A stretch of 36,281 nucleotides of DNA. It comes from Actinomycetes bacterium. GTDB lineage: Bacteria; Actinomycetota; Acidimicrobiia; Acidimicrobiales; Bog-793. How positions within the stretch are numbered: position 1 is the first letter of the stretch; each line of letters opens with the position of its first letter. The notes under the pieces were generated by a model. The model did not search any database. It worked only from the letters and a program-made list of their open reading frames with translations, and was not told the origin of the DNA. A program made the position numbers and the translations under genes. This document shows, piece after piece, positions 17,227-25,906 of this stretch. The DNA lies in contig JAKATT010000216.1 of the NCBI GenBank assembly GCA_021818615.1, positions 1 through 36,281 on the forward strand, read 5' to 3'.

Positions 17227-17914
17227 CTCGAGCGGGCAGCCTCAGCCAGCGCCGGTCCCTGCGATCGTCGCTGGCCTGCTCCTCACGGGCGGGGCGAGCA
17301 CCCGCATGGGACGCGACAAGGCGTCGATCCGCCTCGCGGGCTCGACGCTCACCCTTGCGCAGCGGGCGGGCAAGCTCCTCGGTGCCGCAGTGTCGCCGGG
17401 CCCAGCGATCGAGGTCGGGCCGGGCTCGTCCCGCCTCGGGCGGGCAGCCGACTTCGGCGTGAGCGACCCAGGGACCGGCCCTCTCACCGCAGCCGTGGCG
17501 GGGTGCGAGGCGCTCGAGAGATCGGGTTTCTCCGGACCGGTGCTCGTGCTCGCGGCGGACTTGCCGTGGCTCACGCCCGAGGTCCTCGCCTGGCTCGTGG
17601 GCTTTCCGGGCAGCGGTTCAGTCGTCCCGGTCGTCGCGGGCCGCAGCCAGCCGCTCTGCGCCAGATGGTCGCTCGAAGATCTCGGGCGGGCCGCCGCGCT
17701 CGCCCGGCAGGGCGAGCGGTCGGTGCGCGCCGTGTTCGGTCCGGCGGCTCGTTTCGCCGACGAGGCATGCTGGGGGGCGGTGGCCGAGCCGCTGGCCTTT
17801 GCCGACGCGGACACGCCCGAGGACCTCTGGCCCGGCCCTCATGGCAGCGAGCTCCCCCGGAGGGAGCGCCGAGCGCCCGCCAGGCGCTGGGGCCCGGGCT
17901 CTCACAGGCCGTAA
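17216..17914 (+). CDS. mobA: Molybdenum cofactor guanylyltransferase (MobA-like NTP transferase)
   Basis: GLLLTGGASTRMGRDKA, GPLTA, LAADLP, QPLCARW, DADTPEDL. Confidence 0.85.
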   Translation: MASSSSGQPQPAPVPAIVAGLLLTGGASTRMGRDKASIRLAGSTLTLAQRAGKLLGAAVSPGPAIEVGPGSSRLGRAADFGVSDPGTGPLTAAVAGCEALERSGFSGPVLVLAADLPWLTPEVLAWLVGFPGSGSVVPVVAGRSQPLCARWSLEDLGRAAALARQGERSVRAVFGPAARFADEACWGAVAEPLAFADADTPEDLWPGPHGSELPRRERRAPARRWGPGSHRP

Positions 17915-20736
17915 AAGCGTGCCTCGGTGACGCGCCGTGCCCTTCGCGTGACGCGCCTGTAAGCCTCCCGGAGGTCGGCCGGCGTCGCGCCGAGTGAGCG
18001 GGCGAGGGCACCGAGCGCCTCCCGGCTGGTCGGCAGGGAGTCCGAGCCGGCTCGAGCGACGATGCCACCGGCGCCCGCTATGAAGTTGCCGACGAGGTGC
18101 CAGCGCGTCCGGGTGCGGGTGAGGAAGCGGTAGGCCTCCGACAGGGCGGCGGCCTCCGCTGCAGGAAGGTGACCGGCGGCCCTGAGGTCGCTCAGGGCGG
18201 CGAGCGTGTTCGCTCCCGGGACTTGGTGCTGGAGCTGTAGAAGCTGGGTCGTCCACTCGACGTCGGACAGCGATCCCTTGCCGAGCTTGAAGTGGAACTG
18301 GGGATCCTCGCCGGCGGGGATGCGCTCACGTTCTATTCGCGCTTTCATCCGGCGTATCTCGCGCTCCTGCTCCTGGCCGAAAGGCAGCCCCCACAGGGCG
18401 GTGTCGGCGAGCTGGCGGAATGCCTCGAGCACGGCAGCCTCGCCGGCAATCGGGCGGACGCGAAGGAGCGCCTGGCGTTCCCAGGTCTCGGCCCAGCGGC
18501 TGTAGTACTCCGCGTAGGCCGCGAGGCTCCTCGCTCTCGGTCCCTGCTTGCCCTCAGGTCGGAGCGACGCGTCGAGGGTGAGGATCCGGTCTGCGGGCGT
18601 CGCTCCGTTGAGGAGGCGGAAGATCGCGGAGGCGGCCGCTTCGGCTGTCTCGGCATCGGCTGCACCCCGCCCTTCGTAGGCGAGGAGGACGTCGAGGTCG
18701 CTGCCGAAGGCGAGCTCCTCTCCTCCGAGGCGGCCGAGCGCCACGACTGCGAGCGGCACCTTTGGCTGCACGACGTGCAGGGCCGCTTCGATCACCGAGT
18801 CGGCGAGCGATGCCAGGGCTCGTGCCGTCGTCTCCGAGGACGAGCTTCCGAGGATCTCACCTGCCGCGAGGCGCAGAGTCTCGGCTTCGACGAAGTGGCG
18901 CAGCGCCGCCGGGGCCCGGACGAGGTCGTGCTCGGCGGCGAGCACCGCCCGTTCACGGAGCTCCCGCGTCTCGACCGGTACCAGCTCGTCGTCGTTTCCG
19001 ATGCGGAGGGCGACGTCGGGGTGCCGGCCCACGAGATCGGACACCTGCCGGCCGGTACCGACGAGCAGGCACAGGCGCCTTGCCAGTTCGGGCGAGTCGC
19101 GGAATCCCGCGACGAGCACATCCCGGCGGTGTGGCACGGAGGCGAACGTCCTCAGGGCAAGGAGCCCCTGATCGGGGTCGGCCGACTCCGAGAGCCACCC
19201 GAGCAGGACCGGCAGCATCTGCTGCATGAGGCGCGACGAGCGGGTGAGGCCGCGGGTGAGCTCGGCGAGCGCTTGTCTCGTCCGCTCCGCCTGCCGGAAA
19301 CCGAATGCCTGCAGCCGGGCGTCGAGGGCACCTCCTGGAGCCGGCCGCGCGAGGGCACCTCCTGGAGCCCGCAGTGCGGTGCCGCCGCCCTCCCTGCCCG
19401 GCGCGCCGGAGGGGCTCCGGTCGGCTGCCGGCCCGCGGTTCTCGGTGAAGGCCTCGAGGAGCGGGCGGAAGAAGAGCCGCTCGTGGATCGCCCGGGCCGA
19501 GCTCTGGTAGTGGGCGAGGACGCTGTCGAACTCCATCACATGGCGGCCGCGGGTCCTGCCGGTCCCGGCCAGCCCGAGCCCGGCCGCAAGGGCGGCGCGC
19601 CGGCCGCGATCCTCCGGGATCGTGTGGACCTGGGCCTCCTCGACGAGCTGGAGGCGGTGCTCGACCGTCCTTAGGAACCGGTAGGCGAGGCTGAGGGCCG
19701 CGGCGTCCCCCCCGTCCACGTAACCAGCGTCCGCCAGCTCGGCGAGCGCCGGGAGGGTGGCGGGGACTCGGATGCCCGCGTCCGCCGGACCATGCACCAG
19801 CTGCAGCAGCTGGACGGAGAACTCGATGTCCCTGATCCCGCCCCGCCCCCGTTTCACCTCGCGCTCAGCCAAGCCCCGCCCCGACGTGATCTGCTCGGAG
19901 CGACTCTTCATCGCCCGCAGCTCCGACAGGTCGTCTGCGTCGAGACGGCGGTTCCACAGCACGTGCTCGACGGCGCGGGCGAACCTCGTGCCGAGCTCGG
20001 CGTCGCCCGCGCACGGCCGGGCCTTGAGGAGCGCCTGGAACTCCCAGGGACGGGCCCAGCGCTCCCAGTAGGCCTCGAAGGAGGCGAGCGAGCGGACGAG
20101 CGCGCCGTTGCGCCCTTCGGGCCGCAGGTCCGTGTCGATGCGAAACGCCTCGCCCGCCACTGCGAGCACCCTTCTCGCGGCGCCGGACTCGTCTTTTCCT
20201 ACGAGCATCACGTCGACGTCGCTCGCGTAGTTGAGCTCCTTCGCGCCGTGCTTGCCCATCGCGATGACGGCGAGCCCGGCATCGGTGCCCACGCCGCTCA
20301 GCCTGCAGGCGGCTGAGAGCACTGCGTCGGCCAGCCGTGAGAGGGCCTCGCCTACGGCTTCCAGCGCGTCGAGGCCGGCGAGGTCCCTGGCGGAGATGCG
20401 CAGCAGGCCGAGTCGCTTGCGCCGGGCGACGTCGGCGGCGTCTCTTCCGAGCCCCGGGTCTGTGAGCGCCATCGGGCTCTCGCTGCGGTTCGCCACGCCG
20501 GCGAGCACGTCGAGCGCCGCCGGGTCGGTGAGGACGAGCCTCGCGAGGGAGTTGCTCGCTGCCGCCACGATCGCTACCAGCCGGGCGAGAGCCGGGTCGT
20601 TCTCCAGCCGTTCCACTCCCGATGCCTGCACCGTGCCGCCGGCGGCCTCGTCGACGAGGCGCTCGAAGAGCAGCCCGGCAGTCGCTGGCGCGCTGCAGGA
20701 ACGGGCGGCGTCCTCCAGTGCCGGCGGCAGGTTCAT
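17902..20736 (-). CDS. glnE: Bifunctional glutamine synthetase adenylyltransferase/adenylyl-removing enzyme
   Basis: Two nucleotidyltransferase halves: AMGKHGAKELNYASDVD..LRPEGRNG..WEFQAL..KRGRGGIRDIEF and ALGRLGGEELAFGSDLD..LRPEGKQG..WERQALLR..KLGKGSLSDVEW. Confidence 0.96.
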   Translation of the reverse strand: MNLPPALEDAARSCSAPATAGLLFERLVDEAAGGTVQASGVERLENDPALARLVAIVAAASNSLARLVLTDPAALDVLAGVANRSESPMALTDPGLGRDAADVARRKRLGLLRISARDLAGLDALEAVGEALSRLADAVLSAACRLSGVGTDAGLAVIAMGKHGAKELNYASDVDVMLVGKDESGAARRVLAVAGEAFRIDTDLRPEGRNGALVRSLASFEAYWERWARPWEFQALLKARPCAGDAELGTRFARAVEHVLWNRRLDADDLSELRAMKSRSEQITSGRGLAEREVKRGRGGIRDIEFSVQLLQLVHGPADAGIRVPATLPALAELADAGYVDGGDAAALSLAYRFLRTVEHRLQLVEEAQVHTIPEDRGRRAALAAGLGLAGTGRTRGRHVMEFDSVLAHYQSSARAIHERLFFRPLLEAFTENRGPAADRSPSGAPGREGGGTALRAPGGALARPAPGGALDARLQAFGFRQAERTRQALAELTRGLTRSSRLMQQMLPVLLGWLSESADPDQGLLALRTFASVPHRRDVLVAGFRDSPELARRLCLLVGTGRQVSDLVGRHPDVALRIGNDDELVPVETRELRERAVLAAEHDLVRAPAALRHFVEAETLRLAAGEILGSSSSETTARALASLADSVIEAALHVVQPKVPLAVVALGRLGGEELAFGSDLDVLLAYEGRGAADAETAEAAASAIFRLLNGATPADRILTLDASLRPEGKQGPRARSLAAYAEYYSRWAETWERQALLRVRPIAGEAAVLEAFRQLADTALWGLPFGQEQEREIRRMKARIERERIPAGEDPQFHFKLGKGSLSDVEWTTQLLQLQHQVPGANTLAALSDLRAAGHLPAAEAAALSEAYRFLTRTRTRWHLVGNFIAGAGGIVARAGSDSLPTSREALGALARSLGATPADLREAYRRVTRRARRVTEARFYGL

Positions 20737-20803
20737 CCGCCGATGATCCCAAAGCGGGGGGCCGCCGTCACCCCGTCGCCACGGCGGTCGCCCGTCCAGG
20801 AGT

Positions 20804-20809
20804 TACGCT
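20804..20809 (+). promoter_or_regulatory. Putative -10 element (TACGCT) of a leaderless nadE transcript
   Basis: TANNNT hexamer 7 nt before ATG 20817, the spacing typical of leaderless actinobacterial genes. Confidence 0.5.
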
Positions 20810-20816
20810 CGGATGG

Positions 20817-22568
20817 ATGGCTCGGGTCCGCATCGCCCTGTGCCAACTCAACCCGGTCGTCGGCGACCTCGACAACAACGCCGCCAAGGTGATCGAAGCG
20901 GTCCGCAGGGCCGAGGAGCAGGGAGCGGACCTGGCCGTCTTCCCCGAGCTCGTGCTGCCGGGCTACCCGCCGGAGGACCTCCTCGTGAAGCCGGCTTTCG
21001 TCGAGGGCAACATGGCGGCACTCGAGAAGGTGGCCGCCGCGACGGGCTCGTGTGCCGCCGTCGTCGGGTACGTGGACTCAGATGGTGACCTTTACAACGC
21101 GGCTGCCGTCGCTGCTGGCGGCAAGGTGCACGGCAGCTGGCGCAAGCAGCTCCTCCCCAACTACGGCGTCTTCGACGAGCAGCGGTGGTTCCGACCCGGG
21201 TCCGGTGAGGACCGCCTCTTCCTCGTCGCGGGCGTGCGCACGGGCGTCGTCATCTGTGAGGATGCCTGGAGCCCGAGCGGGCCCGTGGCACGCCTTGGTG
21301 CCGGCGGCGCCGAGCTCATAGTCGTCATCAACGCCTCCCCCTACAGGGCGGGTGCCCTGATGGAGCGCCGTCGGATGCTCGCCACGCGGGCGGCGGACGC
21401 CTCGACGGCGCTCGTCTACGTCAATCTCGTCGGCGGCCAGGACGAGCTCGTCTTCGACGGCGGGTCCATGGTCTTCGACCACCACGGGTCGCTCGTCGCC
21501 TCCCTGCCGCAGTTCGAGGAGCGCGTCGGCCTCCTCGACCTCGAGCTGCGACCCGCCTACCGCAAGCGGCTGCTGGACCCGAGAGGTCGCGCGGCGGCGG
21601 AGCCCATCGAGGCTGTCGTCGTCTCCGGCGCCCCGGCGGAGCGGACGGGCTCGCATGAGCCTGTGATCGCGCCGGCGCCAAGCCGTGCCGAGGAGGTCTA
21701 CGGCGCCCTTGTCCTTGCCACGCGCGACTACGTCGAGAAGAACGGCTTCTCCGACGTCCTCGTGTCCCTCTCGGGCGGCATCGACTCGTCGCTCGTCGCC
21801 GTGATCGCGGTCGATGCCATCGGCGCCGAGCGCGTGCACGGGGTGCTGCTGCCGTCCCGTTACTCCTCGAAGGGCTCGGTAGACGATGCCGAGGACCTCG
21901 TCCACCGGCTCGGCATCGAAGCCCGTGCCATCCCGATCGAGCCAGCCCACTCGGCGCTCATGGAGATGCTGGCCCCGTCGTTCGAGGGACGGCCCCACGG
22001 GCTCGCCGAGGAGAACCTGCAGGCGCGAATCCGCGGGACGGTCGTCATGGGGCTCTCGAACGAGTTCGGCTGGCTCGTGCTCACGACGGGCAACAAGAGC
22101 GAGATGGCCGTCGGGTACGCGACGCTGTACGGCGACATGGCGGGGGGTTTCGCCGTCATCAAGGACGTCCCGAAGACTCTCCTCTACGAGCTGTGCCGCT
22201 ATCGCAACGAGGCCGGGTCCGCCGAGGTGATACCGGAGGCCGTCATCGTGAAGCCTCCCTCTGCCGAGCTGCGTCCCGGCCAGGTCGACGAGGACAGCCT
22301 GCCGCCCTACGAGGAGCTCGACCCGATCCTCTATGGCTACGTGGAAGAGGATCGCACCATCTCCGAGCTCGTCGCCGAAGGGCACGAAGCCGCGGTCGTG
22401 CGGCGCGTCGTCGATCTCGTCGACCGTGCCGAGTACAAGCGCCGGCAGGCTGCGCCCGGCCCGCGGGTGACGAGCCGGGCGTTCGGCAAGGACCGCCGCA
22501 TGCCCATCACGAACCGCTTCCGCGGGCGGTCCGAGCCCCCTGGCTCGAGTCGCCAGAGCGGGCTGTGA
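20817..22568 (+). CDS. nadE: Glutamine-dependent NAD+ synthetase
   Basis: Nitrilase domain (FPEL..GYPPEDL, KQLLPNYGVFDE, ICEDAW) plus synthetase domain (SLSGGIDS, ENLQARIRG, TGNKSE, PPSAELRPGQ, EYKRRQ). Confidence 0.97.
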   Translation: MARVRIALCQLNPVVGDLDNNAAKVIEAVRRAEEQGADLAVFPELVLPGYPPEDLLVKPAFVEGNMAALEKVAAATGSCAAVVGYVDSDGDLYNAAAVAAGGKVHGSWRKQLLPNYGVFDEQRWFRPGSGEDRLFLVAGVRTGVVICEDAWSPSGPVARLGAGGAELIVVINASPYRAGALMERRRMLATRAADASTALVYVNLVGGQDELVFDGGSMVFDHHGSLVASLPQFEERVGLLDLELRPAYRKRLLDPRGRAAAEPIEAVVVSGAPAERTGSHEPVIAPAPSRAEEVYGALVLATRDYVEKNGFSDVLVSLSGGIDSSLVAVIAVDAIGAERVHGVLLPSRYSSKGSVDDAEDLVHRLGIEARAIPIEPAHSALMEMLAPSFEGRPHGLAEENLQARIRGTVVMGLSNEFGWLVLTTGNKSEMAVGYATLYGDMAGGFAVIKDVPKTLLYELCRYRNEAGSAEVIPEAVIVKPPSAELRPGQVDEDSLPPYEELDPILYGYVEEDRTISELVAEGHEAAVVRRVVDLVDRAEYKRRQAAPGPRVTSRAFGKDRRMPITNRFRGRSEPPGSSRQSGL

Positions 22569-23092
22569 GGCGGGCCGTTCCCGGACGGCTCGCCGCCGAG
22601 CTGGCTGGGCCGCCGAGGGTCCTCACGCTGAGGGAGTGGGCGGAGGTGACCGGGGGCCTCCGCCACGTCGAGCTCACGCTGTTCGGGCGCCTCGGGCGCC
22701 TCGCCGTCGCTGCTCCCCTGCCCTCTCTGGCAGGCTGGGCGATGGGGGCGAGCCTCATGGCAGCCTGGCGCGCCGAACAGCTCGAGGTCCTGCTCCCCGT
22801 GTCGACCGGTCTTCCCGATCGTGGCTCGGTCACTCGACCGCGGTCGCCCGAGGTTGCCTCGGCGCTCGACCGTCTCGTCTCGCTCGGCGCCGTCGCGCTG
22901 GCAAGGGAGGTGTCAGAGCGCTGGTTCCCTGCGCTGCTCAGAGCTTACGAAACCCGCTCCGCTCATTGCTTCGAACCTGCCGACGCTCCCTTTGGCGCCG
23001 TGCTCGCCCGGCTTGTGGCCGACGTCGCGGACGCCTCCAGGCGGGCATCGGACCTGCTCGTTCGCGACGATGTGACCCGCGAGGACCCTTGA
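22565..23092 (+). CDS. Hypothetical protein (175 aa, predicted helical)
   Basis: GTG overlaps the nadE stop (GTGA) and the ORF fills the gap to the sigma-factor leader; ELTLFGRLG..AWRAEQLEVLLPV..LLRAYE..AD.P. Confidence 0.6.
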   Translation: MRRAVPGRLAAELAGPPRVLTLREWAEVTGGLRHVELTLFGRLGRLAVAAPLPSLAGWAMGASLMAAWRAEQLEVLLPVSTGLPDRGSVTRPRSPEVASALDRLVSLGAVALAREVSERWFPALLRAYETRSAHCFEPADAPFGAVLARLVADVADASRRASDLLVRDDVTREDP

Positions 23093-23259
23093 CGCCGCCG
23101 TTACACTGATCCCGGACAACACGGCAGTGCAGGTCGAGAGTTGTGGTTCCTGGGCGGCATCCTGTCGTCTCGGGCAGCGGAGCCGGGTCCCTGGCAACCT
23201 TGACCGCACCGGAGCCGGCGAGCCCCCTTCTTACTGCGACACACGGAGGCATCGGGATT

Positions 23260-24195
23260 TTGGCGAAGGAGCGAGTCGAGCGGGACGAGGAAGATCTCGT
23301 CCGCCTGTATCTCACCGATATCGGTCAATACCCGCTCCTCACCAAGGATGACGAGGTGCGCCTGGCGCAGGCCATCGAGGCGCGCTGGACGGCCGAGGAG
23401 GAGCTGCGGGCCAAGAAGGGGCTCACCCCGACGCGGCGCCGGGAGCTGGGCAGGGCAGTCAGGCAGGGAGAGACCGCCCAGCGCACCTTCGTGCAGTCGA
23501 ACCTGCGCCTCGTCGTGTCGATCGCGAAGAAGTACCAGGCATCGGGCCTGCCGCTCCTCGACCTCATCCAGGAGGGCAATCTCGGTCTGATGCACGCTGT
23601 CGAGAAGTTCGACTGGCGCAAGGGCTTCAAGTTCTCCACCTATGCCACCTGGTGGATCCGCCAAGCGATCACCCGCGGCATCGCCAACACCGGCCGGACC
23701 ATCCGCCTTCCGGTCCATGCCGGCGACACCCTCGCCCGGGTGCAGAAGGCACAGGCGCGGCTCGAGCTCAAGCTCGGCCGCCCGGCGACGCTCGCCGAGC
23801 TCGGCACCGAGGTGGAGCTGCCCGAGGACAAGCTGATCGAGGCCCTGCGGTTTCGCGCCGAGCCACTGTCGCTCTCCGAGCCCCTCCGGGAGGACGGCGA
23901 CGCCGAGCTCGGGGACGTGGTCGAGGACAGGTCGGCCGAGTCGCCCTTCGAGATGGCGGCCACGGCGCTCCTTCCCGTCGAGATCAACCGCCTGCTCGCA
24001 CCCCTCGACGAGCGCGAGCGTGAGATCCTCCGGCTTCGTTTCGGCCTCGACCGGGGCGAGCCGCGAACCCTGGAGGAGGTCGGCGAGCACTTCAACCTCA
24101 CCCGGGAGCGGATCCGCCAGATCGAGGCCCGGGCGATGTCGAAGCTGCGCCACCCCTCGAGCGATACCGGGGCCCGAGACCTCCTCACCGTCTGA
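23260..24195 (+). CDS. RNA polymerase sigma-70 factor, RpoD/SigA family, lacking region 1.1 (group 2-like)
   Basis: Region 1.2 DLVRLYLTDIG; region 2 NLRLVVSIAKKY..DLIQEGNLGL..KFSTYATWWIRQAI; region 4 TLEEVGEHFNLTRERIRQIE..KLRHPS. TTG 23260 follows GGAGG; start uncertain. Confidence 0.93.
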   Translation: MAKERVERDEEDLVRLYLTDIGQYPLLTKDDEVRLAQAIEARWTAEEELRAKKGLTPTRRRELGRAVRQGETAQRTFVQSNLRLVVSIAKKYQASGLPLLDLIQEGNLGLMHAVEKFDWRKGFKFSTYATWWIRQAITRGIANTGRTIRLPVHAGDTLARVQKAQARLELKLGRPATLAELGTEVELPEDKLIEALRFRAEPLSLSEPLREDGDAELGDVVEDRSAESPFEMAATALLPVEINRLLAPLDEREREILRLRFGLDRGEPRTLEEVGEHFNLTRERIRQIEARAMSKLRHPSSDTGARDLLTV

Positions 24196-24258
24196 CATCC
24201 CGGGCTTCGACGCCAGGCCGGCGCAGCCGCCCGAGCAGCAAGCCGGTACGATCACCCC

Positions 24259-24336
24259 ATGTTGAAGAAGCTGATCGTGCTCGCAGTGCTCGTCGCCCTC
24301 GCAGCGCTCGCCGCCAGGCGGCTTCGAGGAAGCTGA
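24259..24336 (+). CDS. Putative 25-aa membrane micropeptide (MLKKLIVLAVLVALAALAARRLRGS)
   Basis: Not in the ORF track. ATG 6 nt after TACGAT (leaderless geometry); basic-hydrophobic-basic single helix; fits the sigma/HAD gap without overlap. Confidence 0.65.
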   Translation: MLKKLIVLAVLVALAALAARRLRGS

Positions 24337-24347
24337 TCCCAGCCAGC

Positions 24348-25184
24348 TCAACGTTCCCCGGCGAGCCCCCGCCGGCGGGCGGCCAGCCACCAGCCGAGTG
24401 AGAAAGCGCCTGCTCCGGCGGCGACGGCGCCCACCGAGACGGCGATGACCGGTCTCGGCGGGACGGAGGAGATGCGGTCCCTTACGCCGCGCACCCTGTC
24501 GCGCAGACGAACCGGCTGTACGAAGCGCGTGATCTCGAAGCCGTGCTCCCTGGCGTACTTGGCGAGGACCCGGTCGGGATTGACTGCGACGGGGTGCCCG
24601 ACGGCCTCGAGCATGGGCAGGTCTGTGTAGGAGTCCGTGTAGGCATAGGACTCCTCGAGGTCGATTCCTTCGCGCTCGGCGAGCGCCGTCATCGCCTCGG
24701 CCTTGTACTCGCCGTAGGCGTAGAACTCCATCCTGCCGGTGTACCTGCCCTCTTCGTCGACCTCCGCCCTGCTCGCGATGGTCGCGTCGGCTCCGAGGTA
24801 GCGCCCGAGCGGGGCGACGAGCTCCTCGGGCGAAGCGGACACGATCACGACGTAATGGCCCTCGGCCAGGTGCTTGTCGATGAGGTCGGCCGCCTCTGCG
24901 TAGATGATCGGGTCGACGATCTGGTCGAGCGCCTCCTCGACGATCTCCTGCACCCTCGCCTGCTGCCAGCCACGGGTGAGCTTCAGCACCGATTCGCGGA
25001 TCCGGTCGAGCTTCTCCTCGCTCGCCCCGAGGTGCAGGTAGACGAGCTGGCCGTAGAGTGCCCGGAGCACGGTACGGCGGTTGATGAGGCCACCGTGGTA
25101 GAGCGGGCGTCCAAAGGCCACCATCGACGCCCTGGCGATGACCGTCTTGTCGAGGTCGAAGAAGGCTGCCTGGCGGTCGCTCAC
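24348..25184 (-). CDS. HAD-IB family hydrolase (SerB-like; Rv3661/CicA-type)
   Basis: AAFFDLDKTVIA (motif I), IVSAS (II), K (III), AYTDSYTDLPML..VNPD (IV), and a C-terminal TM anchor. Confidence 0.92.
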   Translation of the reverse strand: MSDRQAAFFDLDKTVIARASMVAFGRPLYHGGLINRRTVLRALYGQLVYLHLGASEEKLDRIRESVLKLTRGWQQARVQEIVEEALDQIVDPIIYAEAADLIDKHLAEGHYVVIVSASPEELVAPLGRYLGADATIASRAEVDEEGRYTGRMEFYAYGEYKAEAMTALAEREGIDLEESYAYTDSYTDLPMLEAVGHPVAVNPDRVLAKYAREHGFEITRFVQPVRLRDRVRGVRDRISSVPPRPVIAVSVGAVAAGAGAFSLGWWLAARRRGLAGER

Positions 25185-25906
25185 GGGCTCGCGGCGCTCC
25201 CTTGGCCGCCGTCCTCCGAGAGCCCGTGCGGGCCGTGCAGCGCCGTCGGGGCGAGCAGCTGGCGCAGCTCGTCGTCCTCGATCTGGGCGCTCGCGAGGAG
25301 GAGGACCTCGTCACCGACGTCGAGCACCATGTCCGAGCGCGGGACTACGACATGGCCGTCGCGCACGAGCGCCACGACGGTCGCGCCGCGCGGCAGGCCG
25401 AGATCGGCGACGGCCGCCCCCTGCGCCGGCGAGCCCTCGGCGAGGGTCACCTCGATGAGGCGGGTGTTGCCGCCCTCGAATTGCAGCAGGCGGACGAGGA
25501 CGCCGACCGAGACGGCCTCCTCGACGAGCCCGGCGAGCAACTGCGGCGTCGACACGGCGACGTCGACCCCCCAGCTCTCGTTGAAGAGCCAGTGGTTGCG
25601 TGGGTGGTTCACCCGGGCGATGACGCGCGGTACGGCGAATTCCTGTTTGGCCAAGAGCGAGATCACTAGGTTGTCCTCGTCGTCACCGGTCACGGCGACC
25701 ATCACCTCGGCCTCGTCGACTCGCGCATCGAGGAGGCTCGTGACCTCGCAGGCGTCGGCCGCGACGGTGCGGACCCCCTCCGGCAGGTCGAGCGAGCTTG
25801 CAAGAGCAGGGTCCTTCTCGATGAGCAGCACGTCGTGGCCGCCGATCGCCAGCTCCTCGGCCAGGAAGCGGCCGACCTTGCCGGCACCTGCGACGGCCAC
25901 TTTCAT
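25181..25906 (-). CDS. TrkA-family potassium uptake regulatory protein (RCK; CeoC-like)
   Basis: MKVAVAGAGKVG, VTGDDEDNLVISLLAKQEFAVPRVIARVNHPRN, and a C-terminal RCK_C domain. ATGA overlap with the upstream trkA. Confidence 0.93.
   Translation of the reverse strand: MKVAVAGAGKVGRFLAEELAIGGHDVLLIEKDPALASSLDLPEGVRTVAADACEVTSLLDARVDEAEVMVAVTGDDEDNLVISLLAKQEFAVPRVIARVNHPRNHWLFNESWGVDVAVSTPQLLAGLVEEAVSVGVLVRLLQFEGGNTRLIEVTLAEGSPAQGAAVADLGLPRGATVVALVRDGHVVVPRSDMVLDVGDEVLLLASAQIEDDELRQLLAPTALHGPHGLSEDGGQGSAASP

Noticed and set aside
19323-19369. 20-bp direct repeat (27-bp period) inside glnE
   Set aside because: An in-frame duplication (APGGAL x2) in the interdomain linker; most likely neutral slippage.
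23089-23107. TTGACG plus TACACT as a complete sigma-70 promoter
   Set aside because: The hexamers are only 7 nt apart, so they cannot be a -35/-10 pair. Only the -10-like hexamer is retained as tentative.
15491-25314. Long opposite-strand ORFs 15491-16945, 18292-19674, 21078-22385 and 23101-25314
   Set aside because: Shadow frames over acyl-CoA dehydrogenase, glnE, nadE and the sigma/HAD genes, with low-complexity Arg/Gly/Ala-rich translations.
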